A stretch of DNA of 20,000 bases. Source: Chiloscyllium plagiosum. Lineage: Eukaryota. The notes beneath the pieces were generated by a model. It saw nothing but the letters and a program-made list of their open reading frames with translations, searched no databases and was not told the DNA's origin. The position numbers were made by a program, and so were the translations under genes. The stretch lies in NCBI RefSeq assembly GCF_004010195.1, contig NC_057758.1, forward strand, positions 296,519 through 316,518, given 5' to 3'. This document shows positions 9,664-20,000 of the stretch, one piece after another (positions within the stretch are counted from its first letter, which is position 1; every line of letters starts with the position of its first letter).

Positions 9664-9830
9664 GATACGAAGGTGTTCGGTGTTGGGCGTAGCGCCGCCT
9701 GAGTTTTTATGTGGTTGTGCACGTTTGCATTTTCGTAGTTAGTGATGTCTGTATGTGTGTTTGGGCTACTAACTGGGTTTTTAAGGTCGAACAATGAAGC
9801 CATGTTTTGATATTCATTTAAGGGATGTGG

Positions 9831-10764
9831 TGTCACAAAATGAGTCAATTTTCTTCTAAAAGCTGTTCATTGGCTGAAGGATACCCTGCCCATGACTTTT
9901 ATTTTCAGAGCGGTAATAAACTAGGCCGAGCCCCGATTAGTCTACTTTGGTACTGTGAATAAAGGACATTAGATTACTTACAGTTGGAAACAGGCCCTTT
10001 AGCCCAACAAGTCCACACCGACCCGCCCATTCCCCTATATTTACCCCTGCACCTAACACTACGGGCAAATTAGCATGGCCAATTCACCTAACCTGCACAT
10101 TCTTGGACTGTGGGAGGAATCCGGAGCACCCGAAGGAAACCCACGCAGATACGGGGAGAATGTGCAAACTCTACACAGACAGTCGTCTGAGGCGGGAATT
10201 GAACCTGGTTCTCTGGCGCTGTGAGGCAGCAGTGCTAACCACTGTGCCACCGTGCCGCCCACTAAGGCATTGTGAGACCTTTTTGTTTATATGTACACAG
10301 TTGAGACTTCAGGCTAAAATGGTCATGTTTTAGAAGTGACCAGTAGAAAGAAAGATCAGCTGAGCTGAGCAGTTTAATTCAATCCAGAACTGATTGAGAA
10401 TTCAACAGTTAGCTGTGTGCAAACTGTCTCCTTTGCCCTTCTACCTTTAACCTGTAAGCATCTGATCCTTGTCTGCACTGTGTTTTAAAGGAAGTTTGTT
10501 TATAAGGAATGGTTTGCATATTCGGAACAGGATAATTGAGTTTAGTTTGGATAGACTGAGTTCTGGCGGGGTTCTTTATTCTGTTCTTCGTATTTCATTA
10601 TGTAATTTTGTGAAAATATATTTTGTCTGTTTTAAACCTAAAAATCAACTTCGCTACCTTATTTAGAATGGTTTTCACTGTATACTTACCGAAACAAATG
10701 GTAAAGCTATTTTCCGGGCTGCCTGCTAAAAAATGTTTTGAGTAGCCTGGACTAATCCCTAAAA
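9831..10764 (+). mobile_element. Probable 3' LTR of the Gypsy remnant, interrupted by a SINE
   Basis: Purine-rich aagggatgtgg (PPT-like) directly before TGTCACAA, about 170 nt after the pol stop. The 3' boundary is approximate; no intact terminal CA. Confidence 0.55.
9968..10260 (-). mobile_element. HE1-like tRNA-derived V-SINE
   Basis: Minus strand gggcggcacggtggcacagtggttagcactgctgcctcacagcgccag. A box TGGCACAGTGG (10239-10249), B box GGTTCAATTCC (10195-10205), V-core tttgcacattctccccgt...gcgtgggtttcc...cctcccacagtccaa, and a LINE-like tail ggcctgtttcca...gtaatctaat. Confidence 0.92.
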
Positions 10765-10964
10765 AGGGACACGTTTCTATGGTCTGCTCCAGTTATGACT
10801 TTTCTCTTAGGTTTGTCTGGCAATTGCAATAGAACCGGATGACTAACCTACGAGGAAAATTTAATAGCTAAGTATGAATGTATGGCGACAACAATTTTGA
10901 AATTGCGCAATGCCAAATGAACCTTAAATGTTTCGTTCCTCTGCCTCCTGGCATGTTAATATGT

Positions 10965-11200
10965 TTGTTTTATTCAGTTGTAGGTGGATGGCAATGACTG
11001 TCCGAATATTGTCTGCTTCTCCTTGCATCATGGAGAAGGTGATGCTGAGCTGCCTTCTTCACCCATTGCATTCACGGAGGTAGACTGCAATGCCCTGAGA
11101 GAGGGAATCCTCAGGGTTTGACGCAGCCACGGTGAAGTAGCAGCAATAAATTTGTCGAAGTCTTGAGTACACTGTGAAGCTGTGCACTTCCAAGAAAATA
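10965..11200. repeat. Old unclassified interspersed repeat fragment
   Basis: ggagaaggtgatgctgagctgccttcttc...gagggaatcctcagggtttgacgcagccacggtgaag resembles a repeat I recall from shark DNA. Family not assigned. Confidence 0.35.
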
Positions 11201-11540
11201 GCTCGTACCCCATCACACACTTGACAATTATGCTTTTGTGGAGACAGGAGGTGAGTATTCCAAAACTCAGTCTTGCTTTTGAACTATGCCCCAGTCTGAA
11301 TTAGAGTAGAAATTGTACAAGTCGCTGAGATAGAGCTGCGATTTTAACTTCCATGAATGAAGTGTTGTTGAGATGTCATTGCATCAACACAATTAAGAAA
11401 CCAAAGACTTAAAATATTATTAACTTCAGTAGTGCCTGGCAGTAGCATTTCGTCCATTTTTTTGTGACACAATGTGAACGTCTGAAGCTATAGGAATTGC
11501 CAACGTATTTCAAAGTTTTTTTTAATTGTTCTGTCCTCAG

Positions 11541-11920
11541 GCCTACTAGGAAATACATTCTGTGGAAGTCAATTGCATCGTTAGTTCGAAAAAACGGGAT
11601 TCTCTGTGATCAGTTAAGTGGAATCGGATCAGGATGCATTTAAAATTGAAATGTGCACAGCGCTTCCAGTGGAAGCCCCAAGTTATCTGGACGAAAACTG
11701 TAGGGAGGCTGCGCTTCAAATCGATACAGAAATGGAGAGTGGTTGTCCAATCTATAATTACCTGAAGGAGTTACATCTGTATTGCTGTCGATTGAAGGGA
11801 TTATCTTATCAGTTTTCTTTTCCTTTGCCTGTGACTCCAGCGTCAATAGAGATGGAAGAAACCATGGAGCTCATTGTGTTCAGGGGAGCTCCTGTGAAAT
11901 GTGGGCACCTCGCAGACACG
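11541..11920 (+). pseudogene. Orphan exon-like segment of an unidentified gene
   Basis: Polypyrimidine acceptor tttttttaattgttctgtcctcag|, about 126 codons with two early stops followed by about 100 open codons (ORF 11618..11926), and a weak donor acg|gtttag. Confidence 0.4.
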
Positions 11921-12455
11921 GTTTAGTAAACCATAAAATCAATTAGTCTTTTTATTCTTAAACATCGTGCTATTGTAACATTCCACATTATCTTTTGTTG
12001 CAATGGGATATTTGTGCCTCTTCAAATTTGGGTGCTCATATGGTTTCTCAACGTATACATGTTTTATGGAAAGCAGTTGGTAATCATGCTGGAATATTTA
12101 TCTTACAAACGATATTTCGTTGAGTTGATGCTTCTTGTCAAAGCAGTATTGAAAAAATATATTTACTTACAATGTAATGATTCAAAGATCCATCAACCTG
12201 TGTGCAAATCATGATCCAATAAATTGCCAGGGACCTAATGTACATAAGGCTACAATTCTATTACAGACATAAGACTGGCAGTGAGATTCACCAGAGGATC
12301 ACCACACCTCAGTGAAGGCAATGAGATTGAGAAGATGTGACCATTATAACTTCTGTTGGGAGCATTTTATTTATAATAACAGCTTCACCAATCCAGTCAT
12401 AAATTAAGATTTGTGGATCTTAGTTATTATATTGAAGAGACAGCGATGATCCTTT

Positions 12456-12985
12456 TTTTATGAACAGACCAAACCCCCTGACAATGTATTAAGAATACAT
12501 AAAGCCACCCCGAGTCTGGAACTTGACTTATTCAAATCGTCAATAAAACTGTAAGGTTTGTGTTGCAGATGCAATTTGATTAGTCAAACTACTCGTCTTG
12601 AAACCATGCATTTCATTGTTACACTGCTCTCAAAAAGCAAACTCTTTTTAAAAAAGCACAACAACATTCTATCGAAGTACTTAGCAAAACAATAGATATA
12701 TTGAATGCTACGAATTAATGATTCGAATATAGTTACATCGTATGTGCATACACTTGACAAAGGCAAAATCAACAAAACCGATTGAATGAAATGCAAGTAT
12801 AACAGCAGAAAGTGATGGCAAGATTTTATCTGCAACAGATAGTGGAATAAAACATTCTACATTCAACATTTTGACCTCAGCACTGTGAAAAGCTTCGACT
12901 ACAAATTTTCGTCTGCCGGAATTTTGCCGCATCCATTCAGACTGCTCCTGTTGTTCCAATTTAAAAAAAAGAGCAAGACATCACA
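12456..12985 (-). mobile_element. Probable 3' LTR of the minus-strand Gypsy remnant
   Basis: Lies downstream of the RNase H stop and a PPT-like cagagggagggcg (13018-13030, minus). Begins TGTGATG. Both boundaries are approximate. Confidence 0.45.
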
Positions 12986-13241
12986 AGTTGGTAACGGTGG
13001 TGATTCTGAGCAGAGTACGCCCTCCCTCTGTTTAAACCTTGCTTCACAAAAAAAGGACAAACTAAAATGCCGCAGCAGACCCAATTAGAAAAACGTGGAC
13101 ATTAGCATACCAAGATAGATTGATTTTCAGAAATCTTTACTCTTATGATATCAAAACACTGAAAAGCACATCTTCTGTCCTGCTGCCAATTTCAGTCCAT
13201 TTTCTCACGCCACCGAACGCATTGGTCTTCCTTCATCACAT

Positions 13242-14055
13242 TTATGGCATCGCATCTGCAAATATGTTTTGTCATCCTGTCACGTATATGTTTTCAAACT
13301 GAATTGCTCCAGTAATAAGCTCCATATCAACAGTCCGTATTTATTTTTCTTCACAAATTTTGAGGAGTTATGATCTGTCTTTGCAAGTGACTCAGATTGG
13401 CAACATCAATGTTGACATTTTGCAGATGAAGAGCAAGGCCTAAGGGCTCTTTCGATTATTACAGAATATTTTTGTTGATCATCATTTAGTTGTCTGGAAG
13501 AGAATACTAAATAGATATTTTTTTCTTTCTTCTAGTCTTATTCTTGTAAGATTACAGTACCATCACACAAATCACTCGCATCGACAGCCACCTTGAAAGG
13601 CTTCGCAAAATCAGATGTGGCCAAGACTGGGTTAGTGGTCAAATTCCTTTGGACATTCATCCGTCCCCTGAAATTTTATACACTTCTTCAACAAGTCAGT
13701 CAGTGGAGCAACCACATTGTTAAAATGTGGTGCGAGCTTGTGATTTAAAAAAAAAACTCAGTCCCAGGAATCCATTCATGTTGATGGTAAAAGAGACTCC
13801 TCAATACCTTTTGTTTTCACATCTCGTGGGGGCTGGCAACTGTCCATGTCCAGAGATATGGCTGAGTAATGTAACTTCGACGTTTGTGAAATTACTCCTA
13901 GCCAATGTTTATCACAAAGCTCACTTTCCAAAGTCGATTGAATAACTTCGATTGTTGATCGAAATATTCCTTGCATGTGTAACAAAAATAATCGATCCAC
14001 TGATATACACAACGCAATTGAATCACCTGGAAATAATTTTATTGGCTGGTCTTCA
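13242..14055 (-). mobile_element. Gypsy LTR retrotransposon RT-connection-RNase H remnant (Gmr1-like)
   Basis: Hand translation across frameshifts: NCVVYISG (decayed YIDD)...PRDVKTKGI...FLGL...VVAPLTDLLKK...LTTNPVLATSDFAKPFKVAVDASD...SRQLNDDQQKYS...TDHN...WSLLLEQF...NIFADAMP*. Confidence 0.88.
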
Positions 14056-14249
14056 TAAAAAAAAGATTACGTTCACCTATTAAAGTTCTACCATCGTCAC
14101 AATGTCACTAGACAAGCGTCATCTTATGGGTTTGGGGCAAATAATGTGGACGCAGGAATAAGGCAGCGGTAGGGAAGTGAACAGAGAAGAAGGGAATGGA
14201 GAGGAGAAATAACCATTTGGAAGACAATGAGCTTACCCATGATAGGGAG

Positions 14250-15468
14250 AATGGTTTTGTTCAGCGAAAATATTGTCTTACACATCTAATAGAATTCTTT
14301 GAAGAGGCGACAAAGTGATTGATGAGGGAAGGGATGTAGATGTCACATGCATTGACTTTTGTAAGGCATTTGATAAGGTTCCTCATAAGCTGATGAAGAA
14401 TGTGAAGTCGCATGTGGGTTTAACATGTTTGAGCTAAATGCATAGACAACTGGAGACAGAGAGTAGTAGTGGAAGGGAGCTTCTGAAAATGGAGACCTGT
14501 GTCTAGTGGTATCCCACAAAGATGTTTGTGATATGTTGTTTATGATACACAGAAATGAATTGAATGGAAACGTATTTTGTCTCATAAGAAATTTTGCAGA
14601 TGGAACTAAGATTAGTGAAGCAGTGGTTATTGAGGTTGACTGACAGACAATACAGCAGAATACAGATATATTGAAGATTTGGGCTGAGAAATAACAGATG
14701 GAACTCAATCCAGACAAATGCGTGGTGATGCATTTTGGAAGATGCAATTTCAAAACCGAAATCTACAGTAAATGTAAACGTCCTGGAGAAAATTGAAGTA
14801 CAGAGAGATTTGGGTGTTCAGGTGCATTGTTCACTGAAGTTCGAAACGCAGGCCAGCCGAATTGTGAAGAAGGTACACGGGATGCTTTCGGACGGGGTAT
14901 TGAGTACAAGAATTAACAGGTCATGTGACAGTTGTATAAGACTTTCGTTCGGCCACATTTGGAATATTGCATACATTTCTGGTCACCACGTTACGAAAAG
15001 GATGTGGATGCTTTGGAGACGGTGCAGCGGAGGTTCGCTGGGATATTACCTGGTATGGCGCTTGCTCGATATGAGCAGGGGATGAGGGGATCCGAATTGT
15101 GGCCTGCAAAATCACGAGTGGTGTAGATGCTGTGAGTTGCAAGAAACATTTTCCCATCGTGGAAGACTCAATTACTCGTGGTCACGAGTTCAAAGTGAGA
15201 TGGGACAAGTTTAGGGGAGATATACGCAAAAAGTCTTTCACGCAGAGGTTGGTGTGCGCCTGGAATGCGTTGACAGCGGAGGTTGTCGGGGCGGGAATGA
15301 TCGGGTCAATGAAGATGTATCGAGACAGATAAATGAATGGGCAGAGAGTGAAGGATTAAAGATCCTTAGGAAATAGGCAGCAGGTTTAGATAGAGGATCT
15401 AAATTAGCGCATACTTGGGGGTCGAAAGTGTCTGCTCCTCTGCTGCAAGGATCTTTGTTCTTCTTCTT
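14250..15468 (+). mobile_element. CR1-type LINE RT and 3' end, decayed
   Basis: GFVQRKYCLTHLIEFFEE...IDFCKAFDKVPH...FADG; ORF 14932 YKTFVRPHLEYCIHFWSPRYEKDVDALETVQRRF; ORF 15099 TRGHEFKV...FTQRLVCAWNAL. Confidence 0.93.
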
Positions 15469-15539
15469 GCACCAACGAAATACTGCATGTCAAAAGGAAT
15501 TAGTGGCACGTTTGCATTAAATACTGAAAACTAGCAGAC

Positions 15540-16187
15540 TTGGTGCAGGAGATAAGGTGGAACCGCATGGTTATTATTTCAAGGATGATGAAGTGTCGGA
15601 GTAGACAAGGCTGACCGCAACTGGTGAAGGTGCTGGTGAGACCTCATCTGGAGTACTCAGGGTTTTTGTCGTGTTATTTGAGGAAATACAATAGTTCATA
15701 GATTGCAGTTCAGATGAGGTTCATCAGGAAGATCTCTGGTCTGTAGATATTGTCGGAGAACCTTTTGGGACTTCATCACTGGAGTTGAGAAGAATATGAT
15801 GTATTATCCTTGTAACATATAGGAATCTTAAGGGTGTTGGCAGTTAAGTGCTGAGAGGATCTTACCAATCATGGCACAACTGAAGACAAGAGGACATTGT
15901 TTCAGGATTAAATGGGTCAAAGTACGACTTAAATTAGAAGGTATTTCTTCCCATCGATGATTTGGAGTCTTTGGTGATCGTTTCCATGGAGAGGTTTGTG
16001 GACAGAGCCGTTATATTTATTTAAGGCTGCCATATAATATTCTTGATCAGTGTGAAAAACGAAGTTACATGCAATGGGCAGGAAAGTGAACGTGAGGAAT
16101 GTTGGATCAGCCAAGATCCATTGAATGGCAGAACAGGCGTGAGTGACTTTGTCGAAACAATGAAACAACTCATGTTCCTACTTCTTA
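15540..16187 (+). mobile_element. CR1-type LINE 3' fragment, old
   Basis: gtgctggtgagacctcatctggagtac (VLVRPHLEY) near 15630, and a tail region ggatcagccaagatccattgaatggcagaacaggc. Confidence 0.8.
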
Positions 16188-16719
16188 AGGAAATCTGAAT
16201 AAAGCATGGAATTTACACAGATCACCCAACATTGATCGAGGTGCTAAGAATTACAACACTAAGCCAGCACGATCAAAGACCTTCTTATCACTAATTCTAA
16301 AATTGGGAACACTTTCCCATCGATCAATCAAACATCAGTTGGACGTATTTATATTCATACAATCAGCTTATGCAGTCAATGTCACTGGCACCACAATTTC
16401 TGCCTGGACATTTTCTGACCAACTGAGCGACAGACAGACAATTGTCAGAACCTGGCACATCGGTATACAGAAAGAAGGCAGTTTCCCCACGAATCTGAAA
16501 AAATGATGCCTGGCCTCATGAAAACTCACGTGAAACGAATGCCACGGAGCATTACTCTGCATAATACAAATCGATGTATATTTATGTTAAGAGCTACAAT
16601 ATATTCTGGGAATGGGACATCAATGTCCATCAATAAGAAGAATCCCTTCCAACACCAGCAAGGGCTTAGCTAAATTATTCTGCTGCGGTATCATAAAAAA
16701 AAGAACCGTGGATGCCTGA

Positions 16720-17005
16720 GGTCTGAAACTAATAAAAGCAGAAAATACCCGATAAACTCAACAGATCAGATTGAAACGATCAAATCAGAGATTGCTATAA
16801 ATCTGAAGCAAACAGATGTTGCTGCAAATATAAAACAGATAGAAACCGGAATTGATGGAGACCAGAAATTAACAGAAGCATAATAGATTTGCAGAGACAT
16901 GAAACATGCATAAACAAAATGTGTTGACAGTTCAAACAAAAGCAAACAGAAATTGCTGTAATTCTGAAACAAACAGAAACGAAAATTGATGGAGATCAAA
17001 TCAAG
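16720..17005. repeat. Degenerate A-rich tandem repeat, period about 25-35 bp
   Basis: Recurring aaacagaaattgctg / aattgatggaga / ctgaaacaaac motifs. Confidence 0.6.
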
Positions 17006-17379
17006 CATTAAGATGGTGTTAGGTCTATTGGTATATCTGTGGTACTGCAATGGGTGAGGGGGAAGGAGTCCATGAGAGGTACATTTATTGGAAGATGTTA
17101 TTACCAGCAGCTATTAGATGAATTCATCCATGAAAGCAACTGGAGGATTGGGAAATGCGCATTCCCTTTCGAAACAACGAGTCATCTTGACTTTGAGGAT
17201 ATCTGCCACTGTATTATGAAAGAGTACTGTTTTGCTCAGTGGGACAGTTAGTAAACAGCTGCAAACATTCAGAACTGTCTATCTGTAATCTGCTGTGGGC
17301 ATTCTGTTGGCACCCTCACCAATTTTGACTCTTGCGTTCGTGACACTTCCTCTGAGCGGGGGAAAATAGTCCGACTATT

Positions 17380-17950
17380 TAAGCACAGGAATAAGGACGT
17401 CGTCCAGTAGTTATACAGGGCCCTGGTGCGGCCACACCTAGAGTATTGCGCACAGTTCTAATTTCCTTGAATGAAGAAGGGGTTCTCGAAATGGAGGATG
17501 TGCTGTGAACATTTATCAGATTAATTACTGGAATGGTCGTACTGAGGCATGAGATGCGGTCGAATCGGTTATGACTATTCATTGCAGTTGAGAACAATAT
17601 AAACCAAGAATATTCAAACAGGACTCGACAAGTAGACGCAAGAAGGATTACAAGACATGCCCGAAAAATCAGTTAGAGTTAACAAAGACACGGTGAATAA
17701 TTCAGGATGGAGATGAAGATCAATCGTTTCACCCAGTGAATTTTGAGCCTGTCGAATACCTGCCACTGAAAGAAATCGAAGTCTGATTTCAAAAGTGAGA
17801 GATACATAATTCTCCAAGCTGCAAGCTTGCAAGATTGTTGCATATAAGCACGGACAGGGTCCTGAGTTGGATGGTCAGCTATGAGCACAATGAATGTTTG
17901 ATTAGGTTTGACTGGAGGAATGACATACTCCTGCTCCCAGCTTCAATCTT
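17380..17950 (+). mobile_element. CR1-type LINE 3' fragment, old
   Basis: ttatacagggccctggtgcggccacacctagagtattgcgcacagttc (LYRALVRPHLEYCAQF) and a tail actcctgctccc. Confidence 0.85.
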
Positions 17951-18204
17951 TCCCTGGATCAGATTAAGACTTTTCATTCTTGCCACATCCAGTTGTGAAT
18001 GGCAGTGGACAATTAAACAACTGCCATTCACAACAGTACCCAAATGTATATTTTCCCTAAGGCCGAGGGAGCCCACAACGTTCGTGCAAAAGACAGCAGA
18101 AATATCTACGTGAATCTACTGCTGGCTGTTAGGAGGGTATTCGATCCTGCCTCCTCATGACTGATAGAGACCAAAAACAGCAAATTCATAAACATCCAAA
18201 TGTT

Positions 18205-18810
18205 CAACATATAAAATAGAACAGTACAGCACATTACAAGCTCTATGGCCAACAATGTTATGCCGAGCATTTATTTTAATTTAAGATCAAGCTAACATGC
18301 ACATCCCTCAATTTACTACGTCCATGTGTTTGTCTAGCAGAGGTCTAAATGTGCCTAATGTCTCTGACCTCTTACCACTGCGCGATGTGCATTGCATGCA
18401 CTAATCTCTCTCTGCGTCAAAACCTACCTGTGACATCCTCCCTATAATTTCATCGAATCATCTTAAAATTATGACCTCTCGTGACAGCCATTTCTGCCCT
18501 GAGGAAAAGTCTCCGGCGAACTACTTTACCTCTGCCTGTCATTATCTTGTACATCTCTATGTAATCACTTCTGCTCCTTCTTTTTTCCAGTTTAAATACC
18601 CTATATCACACAACATATCTTCATAAGATGTGTCCCCCAATCCAGGCAGCATCCTGGCAAATCTCCTCTGCAGCCCCTGTCAAGCATCCACAATGAGGCA
18701 CCAGAACTGGGCAGAATAGACAAGTGTGGTATAACAAGGGTCTTGCAAAGCTGCAGCAAAACATTGTGGCTCTTAAATTCAATCCCCCTGTTCATGAAAG
18801 CCAAAACACC
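18205..18810 (-). mobile_element. CR1-type LINE 3' fragment, antisense
   Basis: ORF 18601..18804 AFMNRGIEFKSHNVLLQLCKTLVIPHL. Antisense tail atagaacagtacagcaca near 18216. Confidence 0.87.
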
Positions 18811-20000
18811 AGTGCGAGCAGCAGCGAAGGTAAGACCGTTTGGTTTTAAAAGTGCTTACCGGTAGCGGGCAGACGGCAAGCAGAGGGGCAGCCGAGACCC
18901 GGAAGCAGTTAGTGTAAGCTTAGCTGGGTTAGTTTTTTCCCCTTTAAAAGCGTGAAGGAGAGGAACCCGAGGCACTACACGGGTAGTGCCTCCCACCCGC
19001 CCTCCTCCTCTAACCTAATAATAACACCTGTTGTGGTAAGTAGGAAAGTGCTGAATTTTGCTTGTTGTATTCGTTAGACCCAGTTTTTTTAAAAATAAAA
19101 GTTAGCTTTAGAGGGATGGAAGTGAAGGCAGTGCAATGTTCCTCCTGCAACATGTATGAGGTGAGGGATGCCATCGACGTCCCTGCCGATTACACTTGCA
19201 GAAGTGCACCCCATCTCCAGCTCCTCCAAGACCGTGTTAGGGAACTGGAGCTGGAGTTGGATGAACTTCGGATCATTCGGGAGGCAGAGGGGGTCATAGA
19301 TCAGAGTTATAGGGAAGTAGTAACTCCAAAGATGGCAGATAGATGGGTGACAGTGAGGGGGACTGGGAGGAAGCAGCCAGTGCAGGGACCCCCTGCAGCC
19401 GTTCCCCTCAAGAACAAGTATACCGTTTTGGATACTTGTGGGGACGACTTACCAGGGGCAAGTAACGGGGCTCAGGCCTCTGGCACGCAGCCTGTCCCCG
19501 TTACTCAGAAGGGAAGGGTGAAGAAGAGCAGAGCAGTAGTAATTGGGGACTCGATAGTTCGTGGCACAGATAGGCGGTTTTGTGGGAACGAGAGAGACTC
19601 ACGTTTGATATGTTGCCTCCCAGGTGCAAGGGTACGTGACGTCTCTGATCGTGTTTTCCGGGTCCTTAAGGGGGAGGGAAGAGCAGCCCGAAGTCGTGGT
19701 CCACATTGGCACCAACGACATAGGTAGGAGGAGTGCAGAGGATGTTAGACAGGCTTTCAGGGAGCTAGGTTGGAAGCTCAGAGTTAGAACGAACAGAGTT
19801 GGTGTCTCTGGTTTGTTACCCGTGCCACGTGATAGAGATTCGAGGAATAGGGAGAGAGAACAATTAAATGCGTGGCTTCAGGGATGGTGCAGGAGGGAGG
19901 GGTTCCAGTTTTTGGATAACTGGGGTTCTTTCTGGGGACGGTGGGACCTCTATAAACAGGATGGTCTACACCTGAACCTGAGAGGCACCAGTATCCTTGG
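18811..20000 (+). mobile_element. Young CR1-type LINE, 5' UTR and ORF1 (runs off the window)
   Basis: Abrupt switch to CpG-containing sequence at 18811, followed by ORF1 with CxxC...Cxx(C) zinc finger, coiled coil and SGNH esterase domain. Confidence 0.92.
19116..20000 (+). CDS. CR1 ORF1p with SGNH/GDSL esterase domain, frameshifted at about 19680, 3'-partial
   Basis: MEVKAVQCSSCNMYEV...YTCR, LQLLQDRVRELELELDEL, VVIGDSIVR (19545-19553), CLPGA. After a +1 shift at 19681: EQPEVVVHIGTND (19708-19719)...LYKQDGLHLN (19960-19971). Confidence 0.88.

Noticed and set aside
10185..10260. tRNA gene
   Set aside because: The A and B boxes belong to the SINE head, which continues into the V core and LINE-like tail.
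12584..13302. Cluster of short overlapping ORFs as possible genes or a transposase
   Set aside because: They lie in the 3' UTR and LTR of the minus-strand Gypsy remnant and show no recognisable motif.
16303..16562. Short ORFs and splice-like sites on both strands
   Set aside because: No recognisable protein, and the implied intron of about 35 nt is too short.
17960..18160. Possible minus-strand exon after tttttggtctctatcag
   Set aside because: All three frames contain stops and no protein family is recognisable.

Overview
Eukaryotic, repeat-dominated vertebrate DNA, inferred to be elasmobranch (shark) from an HE1-like tRNA/V-core SINE and the CR1 tail styles. No intact host gene, rRNA, true tRNA or CRISPR array is supportable. 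Contents: a purine-rich tract around an assembly gap (690-1462); a decayed C2H2 zinc-finger exon (about 3910-4988) split by an insertion; at least six old CR1-type LINE fragments; a young CR1 5' end with a nearly intact zinc-finger/coiled-coil/SGNH-esterase ORF1 (18811 to window end); two convergent Gypsy (Gmr1-like) RT/RNase H plus LTR remnants; an HE1-like SINE; a degenerate 60-bp tandem repeat; and several orphan exon-like segments. The most notable signal is a pair of short fold-back insertions (6758-7024, 8602-8831). They share an identical terminus, have exact target-site duplications (16 and 11 bp), and carry minimal hammerhead-ribozyme cores (CUGANGA-stem II-GAAACGUC) of the kind known from Penelope-like elements. 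A second, decayed hammerhead-bearing repeat lies near 2000. All family assignments come from motif recognition by eye, not from database searches.
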